Source: an uncultured Bordetella sp.
GTDB lineage: Bacteria > Pseudomonadota > Gammaproteobacteria > Burkholderiales > SG8-41
Reading direction: 5' to 3'
Assembly (NCBI GenBank): GCA_964531455.1
Contig: CAZHFZ010000010.1
Coordinates: 8,806-72,805, forward strand
Length of the DNA stretch: 64,000 nucleotides
Shown here: in pieces, positions 29,834 to 39,017 of the stretch
Layout of the letters: each line of letters begins with the position of its first letter
Position numbering within the stretch: the stretch's first letter is position 1
Translations under genes and position numbers: made by a program
Notes under the pieces: model-generated
Seen by the model: the letters and a program-made list of their open reading frames with translations, nothing else
Database searches by the model: none
What the model was told of the DNA's origin: nothing

Positions 29834-30345
29834 ACATGCGTTGCATTCCACAACACGTACGCGGCTTCAGCCTGATCACCGCAATTTTTCTGCTGGTGGT
29901 GCTGGCCTCGCTGGGCGCATTCATGGTGATTTTCACCGGGCTCCAGCAAAGCACGGTGCAGGCAGATGTGCTCGGCGTGCGCGCCTATTACGCCGCGCGC
30001 GCTGGGGCCGAGTGGGGGCTGTACCGCACCCTGGATCCCGACAACACCATCGCGCCGGGTCCTGCAGGGTTTGTGACCTGTCCGCAGGCGGCGGGAACCC
30101 TGAATACGATGGGCGGATCGCTGTCGCCGTTTACCGTGGTGGTGACTTGCCAGGTGACAGCGCCGGATCCTACCGAGGGTGCCAAGACCTTGCGCGTGTT
30201 CCAGATCACGGCAACCGCCTGCAACAGCGCGACTTGTCCTGCCGCATCGCCGCCGTCCGGATACGTAGAACGTCAGATTGCCGTCACTGTGGCGAAATGC
30301 AAAGACCCGGCTGCGCCGGCGCCGCGATACGAGTGCGGGTCTTAA
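29830..30345 (+). CDS. mshP: MSHA biogenesis protein MshP (pseudopilin-like, no Glu5)
   Basis: Leader ...QHVRG/FSLITAIFLLVV, followed by AYYAARAGAEWG. ATGA overlap with mshO. Confidence 0.7.
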   Translation: MNMRCIPQHVRGFSLITAIFLLVVLASLGAFMVIFTGLQQSTVQADVLGVRAYYAARAGAEWGLYRTLDPDNTIAPGPAGFVTCPQAAGTLNTMGGSLSPFTVVVTCQVTAPDPTEGAKTLRVFQITATACNSATCPAASPPSGYVERQIAVTVAKCKDPAAPAPRYECGS

Positions 30346-30458
30346 ATGTTATTAAAATCAATAGGTTATATTGAATCAGAAGTGGGCGCTGATACCAGTG
30401 ATCGTTTCAGGCGCAAACCTTGCTCGAGCAAGAAATGATCGAATTACCGATACCAACC

Positions 30459-33400
30459 ATGTTGATCAACTTGAGCGCACAGCTTTGCGTGGCCCATTGC
30501 TGGCGCATAGTCCGCAGACGTTTGTCAGCGCTATCAATCCTATCCGTGATGGTTCTGACGGTACTGTCTGCAAGCGACGTCCGGGCGCAAGCCGGGTTTC
30601 AGGCGGCAGGTGCAGCGCAAAGCGGAACGGGCGCGGTGACCGTACCCTGGCCCGCACACCAAGCAGGGGATATTGCATTGCTGTTCGTCGAAAGCCGGCA
30701 GGCTGAAGCCGTAACGCTGTCTACGCCGGCTGGATTCGCAGCGGTTGCAAACAGTCCGCAGTTCACGGCGTCCGATGCATTGGCCCCCAACACCGGTACC
30801 CGACTGACGGTGTTCTGGGCGCGCGCTACGTCAGCGGCGATGGCATCTCCTACCGTTGCAGATCCGGGTGATCATGTGCACGCGCGCATCCTCACATATC
30901 GACGCGTCGTCAGCAGCGGCACGCCTTGGGATGTCACCGGAGGCGGTGCCGAGAGCGGCGCGAACAACACGACGCTGAGCGTGACCGGCGTCACCACCAC
31001 CGTAGACAACACGCGTGTGGTTCAGGCGGCGTCGCGTAACAATGACAGCGCCACTACCGGATTTAGCGGCCAAACAAACCTCGGGCTGACGGGTATTGGC
31101 GAACGTTCCGATACGGGCACCAACCTTGGCGATGGCGGCGGCATCGGCGTCTGGGACGGTCTGCGGGTCGTGGCCGGAGTCATCGGTCCCACGGCGGTCA
31201 CGGTGACGAGTTCGGTTAATGCCTTCCTGACCATCGCGCTGCGCCCTGCCACCACGTATTACAGCCGGGCCTCGGCAGGCTGGTCTGTCGGAACCACCTG
31301 GAGCACCGAGGGCTGCAACGGCGTGACTGCCAGCGCGGCTCCGTATGCAGGCTCGGATGTAGTGATCTGTAATGGACACACGGTCACGCTGGACACAAAT
31401 TCGGCGAACCTCAATTCACTGAACATACAGACGACCGGGGTTCTGAATATCGGCAGCAGCGGAGCCGGACGTACGCTGACCGTAAGTCCCGCATTGCCAT
31501 CGCCCCCCGGAACCATCATCAATGATGGCACCTTGCGTTACAACACCGCGGGTAATCACACGATAACCACCAACGGCACATTCACCAACAACGGAACCTT
31601 TACCTCGGCAGCGGGCATTGCCGGTACCCGCTCGTTTACGGCGACGGGCCTGATCACCAATACCGGAACGATCCGGTTCAATGGTACAGCGGTAACCACC
31701 ATCAACGCCAACGGCGGGTTCACCAACAACGGAACATTTGATGTCGACGCCGCGTCGAATCTGACTCATACATTCAATGTCCGTTCGACGTTCACCAATA
31801 ACGGCACCGTGCAGTTCCGGCCGGATGGCAACAGTTTTGTATCGACCAATTTCACGACCGGCGCACCGGTCGTCGGCAGCGTGCTGACCGGCAGTGCTGG
31901 CAGCACGACGTTTTACAACGCCACAGTCAACAACAGCGGTGGCCTGACGCTGTCGGGCACGCACAACATGAATGTGCTCAACGCGCTGACACTGACAACC
32001 GGGCCAATCATTACCAATGCCAACTATGTCTATGTTGCCAGCACCACGGCGATCGCCAGTGTGGGTGGCAATGATTTTGTGATTGGCAATCTGCGCATGA
32101 ACTTCAATGCCGGCGCAAATATCACGCGCGTATTTGCGGTCGGAAGTGGTTTGGCACCGAACGCCCGATATACGCCGGTCAATATCCGTTTTGGCAGTGT
32201 AACCGCGACTGGTGATTTTACGGTCAGCACGACTGGTGCTGATCATCCGCAGATCGGTACATCTCCAATCAATCCGGCGCAGAGTGTGAATCGGTTTTGG
32301 ACGTTGACGAACGACAGTGTTGGCTTCCAGAGCGTTAACGGCAACAACAGAGTGATATTCACCTATGTCAACCCGGCGGACATTGATGTTGGTGTGGCGG
32401 TGCCGTTCGTGGTTGGTCGCTACAACGCGCCGACGTGGACGTCGATCACCCCGACCGTGGCGGTACCCAATGTGACTTTGCCGGCGGCTGCGGTAACCAA
32501 TGCAACGATGGCTGGATCGGCCGATTATGTAATAGGAGAGGCTGCGCCGGTGGTGCCGCCGCCCGGGGATTTGAATGCCTTTGAAACAACGACGGGTGCC
32601 GGTGCAATTACGGGACGTATTTTCACCAAGCTGGTCGGCACCAACTTCAACCTGGATATCGTCGCCATACTGGCGGGCGCACAGCACGCGACATTTACCA
32701 ATACTGTGTTGGTGGATCTGGTGACCGGTTCGACCGGTGGGCTGAACTGTCCTGGCGCACCGGTAGCGATTGCCGGCACTTCGCAGAACGTCAACCTTGT
32801 GAACGGCCGGGGTACCACGGGTGCTTTCAATATTGCGGCAACTGCTTATCGCGACGTGCGGGTACGGGTACGTTTTCCGGTCATTGCGCCAACGGTAACC
32901 AGTTGTTCGACGGATAACTTTTCGATCCGTCCGACCGCTTTGACCGTGACGTCATCGAATGCCACGCAAACCGGGACATCTGGAACCCCTGCCATCAAGA
33001 CCGGAGCGAATTTCAATCTTGCTGCAACCGCGATCCCGGGATACGACGGTACGCCAACCATCAATAACGCACTGGTGACCGGCACGCCCACAGCCGGCAC
33101 CATTGGCGGCAGCTTCGGCGTTGCGCCCATTGGAACCGGCATCGCGGCAGGCAACAGCTTTTTCTACAGCGAGGTTGGTCATTTTGGACTGGGCACCAAT
33201 GCGGTTTTTGATTCGGGATTCACCAGTGTCGATTCTGGGGGCGGTGACTGCACCAACGACTTCTCCAACGCGTTGGTGGGCGGGCGCTACGGCTGCAACT
33301 TCGGCAGCACCGCGGTGACTCAATCGACGGGCGTCAGCGGCTTCGGTCGTTTCATTCCCGACAATTTCAACGTGACCTACAACGTACCGGCGATTGCGCC

Positions 33401-34394
33401 GGCCTGTGCGGGTTTCAGTTATGTCGGACAGAGCTTCAACTATACAACCGTGCCGGTGATGACGATCACGGCGCGCAACGGCACGAACAACGGCCTCACC
33501 AATGCCACGACGGTCAACTACGCCGGCAGTTATGCGAAGTTCACCAATGCCCAGCTGGCGCTGGCGCCTTACGACACGAAGGCTGGCCGATATCTGCGCT
33601 TTGATACTTTGGGCGGGGGCAACACGCCGGACCTCGACCGCAGCGGCTTGCCGGATCCACTGACTGCAGACCCGGTGATCAGTGCATTCACTGCCGGTGT
33701 GGGAACGTTTACGTTTTCCGGGGGTACCGGGTTCGGTTTTGCGCGCAGCGCTGCGACGCCCAGCGCGCCTTTCGATGCCGACATCGCACTGCGCCTGAAC
33801 GTCATCGATACCGATAGTGTCGAATTTGCCGGCAATCCTGCTTCATTCGGCACCGCCAGTTCTGGTGGCGGCATCCTGTTCAGTGATGGTATTGCGGCAA
33901 CCACCACCGACAAGCTGCAGCGCTACGGTCGACTGCGCATCGGCGGCGCCAGCGGGTCGCAGGTGTTGCCGCTGCGACTGCCGGTGGAGGCGCAGTACTG
34001 GACCGGCACCGCATTCGTGACCAATACGCTGGATTCATGCACCACGCTGGCCGCGAACAATGTCGGGCTCGGCAATTACAGTGGTAGTCTCAATGTCGGT
34101 GAAACCACGCCGAGCATTGTCAGCAGTCCCTTGCAGGCAGGACGTAGCGCGATTCGGCTGAGTGCGCCGGGTTCCGCCAACCCGGGCAGCGTGGATGTCA
34201 CGCTGAATCTCGGCGGCGGCGCAACGGCGGATGCCTGTCCTGCATTTGCGCCGGCAGCTGTTGCGGGCAATAAAACTCATCTGCGTGGAGCCTGGTGCAA
34301 TCCCCCGGGCACTTACACCAAGGATCCTTCAGCCAGGGCGCGGTTCGGTGTCACGCGTGGGGCCGATCAGTCGATATATCGTAGGGAGCAGTAG
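30459..34394 (+). CDS. mshQ: MshQ-like giant pilus-associated protein (~1,311 aa); start uncertain (TTG 30420 / ATG 30435 / ATG 30459)
   Basis: Signal peptide (LTVLSASDVRAQA). Terminal position in the structural operon. The C-terminal third (..QRYGRLRIGGASGSQVLPL..AQYWTG...DPSARARFGV..IYRREQ) resembles the MshQ/DUF6701 C-terminus as I remember it. Confidence 0.7.
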   Translation: MLINLSAQLCVAHCWRIVRRRLSALSILSVMVLTVLSASDVRAQAGFQAAGAAQSGTGAVTVPWPAHQAGDIALLFVESRQAEAVTLSTPAGFAAVANSPQFTASDALAPNTGTRLTVFWARATSAAMASPTVADPGDHVHARILTYRRVVSSGTPWDVTGGGAESGANNTTLSVTGVTTTVDNTRVVQAASRNNDSATTGFSGQTNLGLTGIGERSDTGTNLGDGGGIGVWDGLRVVAGVIGPTAVTVTSSVNAFLTIALRPATTYYSRASAGWSVGTTWSTEGCNGVTASAAPYAGSDVVICNGHTVTLDTNSANLNSLNIQTTGVLNIGSSGAGRTLTVSPALPSPPGTIINDGTLRYNTAGNHTITTNGTFTNNGTFTSAAGIAGTRSFTATGLITNTGTIRFNGTAVTTINANGGFTNNGTFDVDAASNLTHTFNVRSTFTNNGTVQFRPDGNSFVSTNFTTGAPVVGSVLTGSAGSTTFYNATVNNSGGLTLSGTHNMNVLNALTLTTGPIITNANYVYVASTTAIASVGGNDFVIGNLRMNFNAGANITRVFAVGSGLAPNARYTPVNIRFGSVTATGDFTVSTTGADHPQIGTSPINPAQSVNRFWTLTNDSVGFQSVNGNNRVIFTYVNPADIDVGVAVPFVVGRYNAPTWTSITPTVAVPNVTLPAAAVTNATMAGSADYVIGEAAPVVPPPGDLNAFETTTGAGAITGRIFTKLVGTNFNLDIVAILAGAQHATFTNTVLVDLVTGSTGGLNCPGAPVAIAGTSQNVNLVNGRGTTGAFNIAATAYRDVRVRVRFPVIAPTVTSCSTDNFSIRPTALTVTSSNATQTGTSGTPAIKTGANFNLAATAIPGYDGTPTINNALVTGTPTAGTIGGSFGVAPIGTGIAAGNSFFYSEVGHFGLGTNAVFDSGFTSVDSGGGDCTNDFSNALVGGRYGCNFGSTAVTQSTGVSGFGRFIPDNFNVTYNVPAIAPACAGFSYVGQSFNYTTVPVMTITARNGTNNGLTNATTVNYAGSYAKFTNAQLALAPYDTKAGRYLRFDTLGGGNTPDLDRSGLPDPLTADPVISAFTAGVGTFTFSGGTGFGFARSAATPSAPFDADIALRLNVIDTDSVEFAGNPASFGTASSGGGILFSDGIAATTTDKLQRYGRLRIGGASGSQVLPLRLPVEAQYWTGTAFVTNTLDSCTTLAANNVGLGNYSGSLNVGETTPSIVSSPLQAGRSAIRLSAPGSANPGSVDVTLNLGGGATADACPAFAPAAVAGNKTHLRGAWCNPPGTYTKDPSARARFGVTRGADQSIYRREQ
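31581..31807 (+). repeat. Intragenic repeats encoding FTNNGT(F/V) beta-strand motifs in mshQ
   Basis: TTCACCAACAACGGAAC occurs exactly at 31581 and 31719. A variant, TTCACCAATAACGGCAC, occurs at 31791. Confidence 0.8.
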
Positions 34395-34449
34395 TTCGGG
34401 CACTAGCAGTAGTAGGTCATAAATGGATGATTTTTTAAATATTCAATTA

Positions 34450-34462
34450 AATCAATTGGTTA
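34450..34462 (+). promoter_or_regulatory. IHF-consensus-like site in the mshQ-mshI spacer
   Basis: AATCAATTGGTTA fits WATCARNNNNTTR at every specified position. Confidence 0.3.
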
Positions 34463-34486
34463 ATAATATTCATGCGATTTTGTAAA

Positions 34487-34514
34487 TTGACGCACATCAG
34501 AAAAGCATTATAAG
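34487..34514 (+). promoter_or_regulatory. Candidate sigma-70 promoter for the mshI-N operon
   Basis: TTGACG, a 16-nt spacer, then TATAAG, about 65 nt upstream of the mshI ATG in a 184-bp AT-rich spacer. Confidence 0.4.
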
Positions 34515-34578
34515 TATTTGACAACATTGGAAAATATGCTAGTTTTGGCCAATTTGGTGCAACACGGCTCAGGAACCC

Positions 34579-35511
34579 ATGAATCTGTTCGGTAAAAGTC
34601 GGCGTCCCGGCTGGTTGTGCCTCAACCTGCATCCTGATCGGGTGGACCTCTCGCACGTTCTGCTTGCAGGCAAGCCGCGCCCCGAAGTGTTGTTGTGCGA
34701 GTCGTTTCGCAAGGAAGGCGACGATGTCGTGACACTCAAACGGCTGCGGCGTGAACTCGGCCTTGACCGCTATCACTGCATGACCATGCTGAAGACGCAT
34801 GACTATCAGATGTTTCCGGTGGACGCTCCGAAGGTGCCGGAGGCCGAGGCCCGCAGCGCGGTGCGCTGGGCTATCAAGGACATGCTGGACTATCCCGTTG
34901 ATGCGGCGATGGTGGATGCCGTGAGCGTACCCGCGAACGAGGCTGGCGGACGGGCTGCGCAGATGCTGGCTGTGGCCGCGCGCAACGAACTGATCGCGTC
35001 GACAGTAAAGCCGTTTAATGACGCCAATATAGAACTCGATGTGATCGACATTCCCGAGTTTGCGCAGCGCAATGTTGCGAAGCAGCTTGAGGACCAAGGC
35101 CGCGGACTGGCGATGCTGTGTTTTGATGAGGCTGCGGCGACTCTGACATTTACCAGTGGTGGTGAACTTTATCAGTCGCGGCGAATCGATGTTTCGATGA
35201 AGGATTTCGCCGGCGATGCGCCTGCGGAAAGTCTTTACGACCGCGTCGCACTCGAATTGCAGCGTTCGCTCGACCATTTTGACCGGCAGTTCCGCAATGT
35301 TGCCGTGTCGCGCGTGGTGATCTCGCAGGTGCCGGGCGGGGATAAGCTGGCTGAATACCTCAACAGCAATCTGACGCTGCCGGTGGAAATGTTCGACCTG
35401 GAAAAGATCATGGATTTTCCGGGTGTGCCGGAGTTGCGCGACCCGTTGCGGCAGACACAATGTCTGCAACTCATCGGCGCAGCGATGCGCGAAGAGGTTG
35501 CGGCGCGATGA
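34579..35511 (+). CDS. mshI: MSHA biogenesis protein MshI (PilM-like)
   Basis: The N-terminus, ...GWLCLNLHPDRVDLSHV.. followed by PEAEARSAVRWAIKDMLDYPV, is typical of MshI/PilM-like proteins. The long antisense ORF 34447..35469 is rejected. Confidence 0.8.
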   Translation: MNLFGKSRRPGWLCLNLHPDRVDLSHVLLAGKPRPEVLLCESFRKEGDDVVTLKRLRRELGLDRYHCMTMLKTHDYQMFPVDAPKVPEAEARSAVRWAIKDMLDYPVDAAMVDAVSVPANEAGGRAAQMLAVAARNELIASTVKPFNDANIELDVIDIPEFAQRNVAKQLEDQGRGLAMLCFDEAAATLTFTSGGELYQSRRIDVSMKDFAGDAPAESLYDRVALELQRSLDHFDRQFRNVAVSRVVISQVPGGDKLAEYLNSNLTLPVEMFDLEKIMDFPGVPELRDPLRQTQCLQLIGAAMREEVAAR

Positions 35512-36188
35512 GCCAGTACATCAACCTTCTCGGCCCGTTATTCCGCAGACAGCGCCTGGCGCTGTCGTTGAATCGCGCAGCGCTGTTACTGGGTTTTACG
35601 CTGGCGGCTTTGCTGATGGTACTGGCGTATGAAGATCAGCGCGTCGAGGGTTTGCGCGAGGAACTGGCTTCAGCGCAGGCGCTGATGAAGGCGCAGAACG
35701 CCTATACCAGCCGGCTCAAGGGCGATGGTGCGGAAAAGGGCGCGACGGCAATCGACAATGACATCCAGAGGCTGGAGGCCGATTTGAAATCGGCGCGAGA
35801 CAGCATGGACGTGCTGGAAGGCGGCGCATTGGGCAACCGCGACGGTTTCGCGCGTTACATGCAGGCGTTTTCCCGGCAGGCCATTGACGGGTTATGGTTG
35901 ACTGGTTTCTCTGTCGGGGGCGCCGGCGATGTGAGCATTCAGGGGCGCGTCGTCAAAGCCGAGCTTGTGCCGACCTACATTCAGCGTTTGAACAACGAGC
36001 CGGCGCTGAAGGGCCGCGCATTTTCCGCCCTGGAAGTCCATCGGCCTGTGCCGAAAACCGGTGCTGATGCGGCAGGCGGTAAAGAGGTGCAGGCGGACCC
36101 GGGCGCCGCGCCGCGTTACTTTGAGTTTGCGCTGGCTACTTCCGAGCCTGCGGCTCAGGGCGCCGAAGCGCGCGGGGAGAAACGCTGA
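35508..36188 (+). CDS. PilN-like MshI2 component
   Basis: MSQYINLLGP (INLL motif), a single TM helix and a coiled coil. ATGA overlap with mshI. Confidence 0.7.
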   Translation: MSQYINLLGPLFRRQRLALSLNRAALLLGFTLAALLMVLAYEDQRVEGLREELASAQALMKAQNAYTSRLKGDGAEKGATAIDNDIQRLEADLKSARDSMDVLEGGALGNRDGFARYMQAFSRQAIDGLWLTGFSVGGAGDVSIQGRVVKAELVPTYIQRLNNEPALKGRAFSALEVHRPVPKTGADAAGGKEVQADPGAAPRYFEFALATSEPAAQGAEARGEKR

Positions 36189-36874
36189 TGCGCCGTTTCG
36201 CCGTAATGTGGCGGCAATTTAGCGATAAATTTGCCATTCGTTCACTGCGCGAACGTGCGCTGATGACGGGTGGTGCGATTGCTGTGGTGGTTCTGCTGTT
36301 CGATGCGCTGGCGCTGAATCCGCTTGCAGTCCAGCATAAACGGTTGAACGGGCAGGTTGCCGAGGCCCGTGCCGCGATCAAGGCTGGTGAGCAGGTGCTT
36401 GCGGCTGGAGGTGAAACGGCTGACCCGGATGAAGTGAAGCGCCGGTATCGTGACGGACTGCGCAAGCAGATTGCCGAAATTGACGGAAAATTGCAGGGTT
36501 TGCAGAAGCAACTGGTGCCGCCGGACCAGGTCGCAAACCTTCTTGAGGGCGTACTGGCGCGTGAGCGCGGTTTGGCGTTGGTGAGCCTGCGCAAACTACC
36601 GGTGCAGCAGTTCCAGACCACCGCAGGTTCAGCGGTCAAGAGCAGTGAAGGCAAGGGCGGCGCTTCGGCTGAGCGCAGCATTTATCAGCACAGTTTCGAA
36701 ATCGAGATCGAAGGCTCCTATGTCGAGTTGCACGGGTATCTGGCGCATCTCGAGAAGCTCCCCTGGCAATTATTCTGGGGCAAGGCTGAACTCGATGCGG
36801 GAAAGCATCCGCGCCTGATACTGAAGCTAACAGTGCATACTCTGAGCATGAACAAAGTCTGGTTGGTTGTATGA
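36188..36874 (+). CDS. mshJ: MSHA biogenesis protein MshJ (PilO-like)
   Basis: N-terminal TM helix plus a coiled coil, with a C-terminal FEIEIEGSY..L..LE motif. Overlaps its neighbours. Confidence 0.75.
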   Translation: MRRFAVMWRQFSDKFAIRSLRERALMTGGAIAVVVLLFDALALNPLAVQHKRLNGQVAEARAAIKAGEQVLAAGGETADPDEVKRRYRDGLRKQIAEIDGKLQGLQKQLVPPDQVANLLEGVLARERGLALVSLRKLPVQQFQTTAGSAVKSSEGKGGASAERSIYQHSFEIEIEGSYVELHGYLAHLEKLPWQLFWGKAELDAGKHPRLILKLTVHTLSMNKVWLVV

Positions 36875-37230
36875 AGTTATTGCTTGCACTGGTTTTGGGA
36901 ATAGCAACTACGGGTCTAGCGGCGGCGCAGGCCATGTCCGATCCAACGCGTCCACCCGGTGGGCTTGCGGACGCCTCCGAAGCTGTCGGTACAGGTGGTC
37001 CGGTGCTACAGTCCGTCATGTTGTCGCCATCGCGCAAGGTGGCGGTGATCAGTGGCGAAATGGTGGTGTTGGGCGGGCGTTATGGTTCATCCCGGCTGGT
37101 GCGTTTGACCGAGACCGAGGCAGTATTGAAAAATGGTGCAGACGTGACCGTATTGCGGCTGCATCCCCAGGTCGTCAAGCGCACGGCTGGTTCCGAAGCT
37201 GGTAAAAACGTCACGAAGACAACAAAGTGA
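36871..37230 (+). CDS. mshK: MSHA biogenesis protein MshK
   Basis: Signal peptide, a DPTRPPGG motif, and small size. ATGA/GTGA overlaps on both sides. Confidence 0.7.
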   Translation: MKLLLALVLGIATTGLAAAQAMSDPTRPPGGLADASEAVGTGGPVLQSVMLSPSRKVAVISGEMVVLGGRYGSSRLVRLTETEAVLKNGADVTVLRLHPQVVKRTAGSEAGKNVTKTTK

Positions 37231-39005
37231 ACATCATCAGGCGGAACAATATAAAACCTTGGGCAGCCCTTGCGATCATCGTGCTGATGGCGGGCTGTGC
37301 GGAGACCCCGCGCCAGCAGGGCAGCGCTACTCTGGATTCCATTAATCGCGAACTCGATCAGGCTGCGCAGAACCGCAAGGTTGTGCCGCCATCTGATGCG
37401 GTCAGTCGCGCATTGCTGCCGCCGCTGATGGTTGAAATGCCGCGGGCAGATACGCAAAAACCCGACACGCGTTTTGATCTGTCGGTCAGCAACGCCCCGG
37501 CCAGCCAGGTTTTTCTGGCGATCGTATCCGGTACCCGCTACAGCATGGTGCTGCATCCCGACGTCAAGGGCGACCTGTCGGTGAACCTCAAGGATGTGAC
37601 CGTCACCGAGGCCCTTGATACGCTGCGGGATCTTTATGGTTTCGATTACATTGCGCAGGGCAACCGCATCACGGTTCTGCCTGCGACGCTGCAAACCCGC
37701 ATTTTCAAGGTGAACTACCTGCAGGCGCTGCGTCGCGGTCAGACCGAAACCCGCGTCAGCTCCGGTTCCATTACCGACGGCTCGAGCAGCCCCGGTTCGC
37801 CGGCCCCCGGTGCGACACCTGTCCCGACAACGGGGCCGACCGGTTCGAGCGGCACCAGGGCAACGGAGAGTTCCCGGGTCACTACGACTTCTGATTCCAA
37901 TTTCTGGGGCGACACCCAGAAATCGCTGACCGCGATACTCGGTGGTGCACCAGGACGTAGCGTCGTGGTCAATCCGCAATCCGGCGTGATCGTTGTTCGT
38001 GCAATGCCGAACGAACTGCGCGGCGTCGAGCAGTTCCTCGGTGCAATGCAGCTGATTGTCGAGCGCCAGGTCATGCTGGAAGCCAAGATCATCGAGGTCA
38101 CGCTGCGTGACGGGTTTCAGGCGGGTATCAACTGGGCGGGCTTCCGTGATGGCAACACACGTTTCGGTGCCGGCGTCATAACACCTGGCACCGTTTTGCA
38201 GCGGGAAGGGGCCATCGGTTCGGCGACTGCCAGGGCTCCGGACGGCACGCTGCGGGCGGACTCAGTTTTTGCCGGGGGTTCTGTCGGTGCGGTGGCGAGC
38301 GGCCTTGCACTGGGCGCAGGCGCTGCGGGCGGATTGTTCGGTTTGGCCTTGCAGACCCAGAATTTCGCCGCTTTGCTGACGTTCCTGGAGACTCAGGGCG
38401 GCGTCAACGTGCTGTCGAGCCCGAGGGTGGCGACGATCAACAACCAGAAAGCCGTGCTGAAGGTGGGCACCGACGACTTCTTCGTCACTAACGTCAGCAC
38501 CACGTCGAGTACCAGCGGTACCAGCACCACCGTGACGCCGACCATTACCGTGGCACCGTTTTTCTCGGGCATCGCACTTGATGTGACGCCACAGATCGAC
38601 GACAACAGCAGCATCATCCTGCACATTCATCCGTCGGTCAGCAATGTTGTCGAGAAGAACAAGATCATCGATCTCGGGACGCTGGGCGTATTTACGCTGC
38701 CGCTGGCGTCGAGCGAAGTCAATGAAACCGATACCATCGTACGCGTCACCGACGGCAATATCGTTGCCATCGGCGGTTTGATGCGCCAGAAGTCGAGCAG
38801 CGAACGCAGTCAGGTTCCCGGCCTCGGGAATGCGCCCGGTATCGGGAATCTTTTCCGCCAGCGTGATACCACCAGCACCAAGAGCGAGCTCGTGATCCTG
38901 CTGAAGCCGACCATCATCCACAGTGATCGCAACTGGCAGGAAGATCTCGTGCAGACGCGTGAACGCATCCGGGCCATGAGCGCACCGCCAGAAGCGAAGC
39001 GGTGA
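37227..39005 (+). CDS. mshL: MSHA-type secretin MshL (lipoprotein)
   Basis: Lipobox LMAGC and secretin C-domain motifs (VLSSPRVATINNQKAVLKVGTD, VPGLGNAPGIGNLFR). Confidence 0.9.
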   Translation: MNIIRRNNIKPWAALAIIVLMAGCAETPRQQGSATLDSINRELDQAAQNRKVVPPSDAVSRALLPPLMVEMPRADTQKPDTRFDLSVSNAPASQVFLAIVSGTRYSMVLHPDVKGDLSVNLKDVTVTEALDTLRDLYGFDYIAQGNRITVLPATLQTRIFKVNYLQALRRGQTETRVSSGSITDGSSSPGSPAPGATPVPTTGPTGSSGTRATESSRVTTTSDSNFWGDTQKSLTAILGGAPGRSVVVNPQSGVIVVRAMPNELRGVEQFLGAMQLIVERQVMLEAKIIEVTLRDGFQAGINWAGFRDGNTRFGAGVITPGTVLQREGAIGSATARAPDGTLRADSVFAGGSVGAVASGLALGAGAAGGLFGLALQTQNFAALLTFLETQGGVNVLSSPRVATINNQKAVLKVGTDDFFVTNVSTTSSTSGTSTTVTPTITVAPFFSGIALDVTPQIDDNSSIILHIHPSVSNVVEKNKIIDLGTLGVFTLPLASSEVNETDTIVRVTDGNIVAIGGLMRQKSSSERSQVPGLGNAPGIGNLFRQRDTTSTKSELVILLKPTIIHSDRNWQEDLVQTRERIRAMSAPPEAKR

Positions 39006-39017
39006 TACGCTTGACCC

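Noticed and set aside
31416-32687. 423-aa minus-strand ORF inside mshQ
   Set aside because: It is an Arg/Gly-rich shadow of the T/N/G-rich plus-strand frame, with no start context or motifs.
34447-35469. 340-aa ORF on the minus strand covering the mshQ-mshI spacer and most of mshI
   Set aside because: It is antisense to a gene with clear MshI/PilM-like motifs and operon coupling. Its translation is low-complexity and R/H/Q-rich, typical of a shadow ORF in high-GC DNA.
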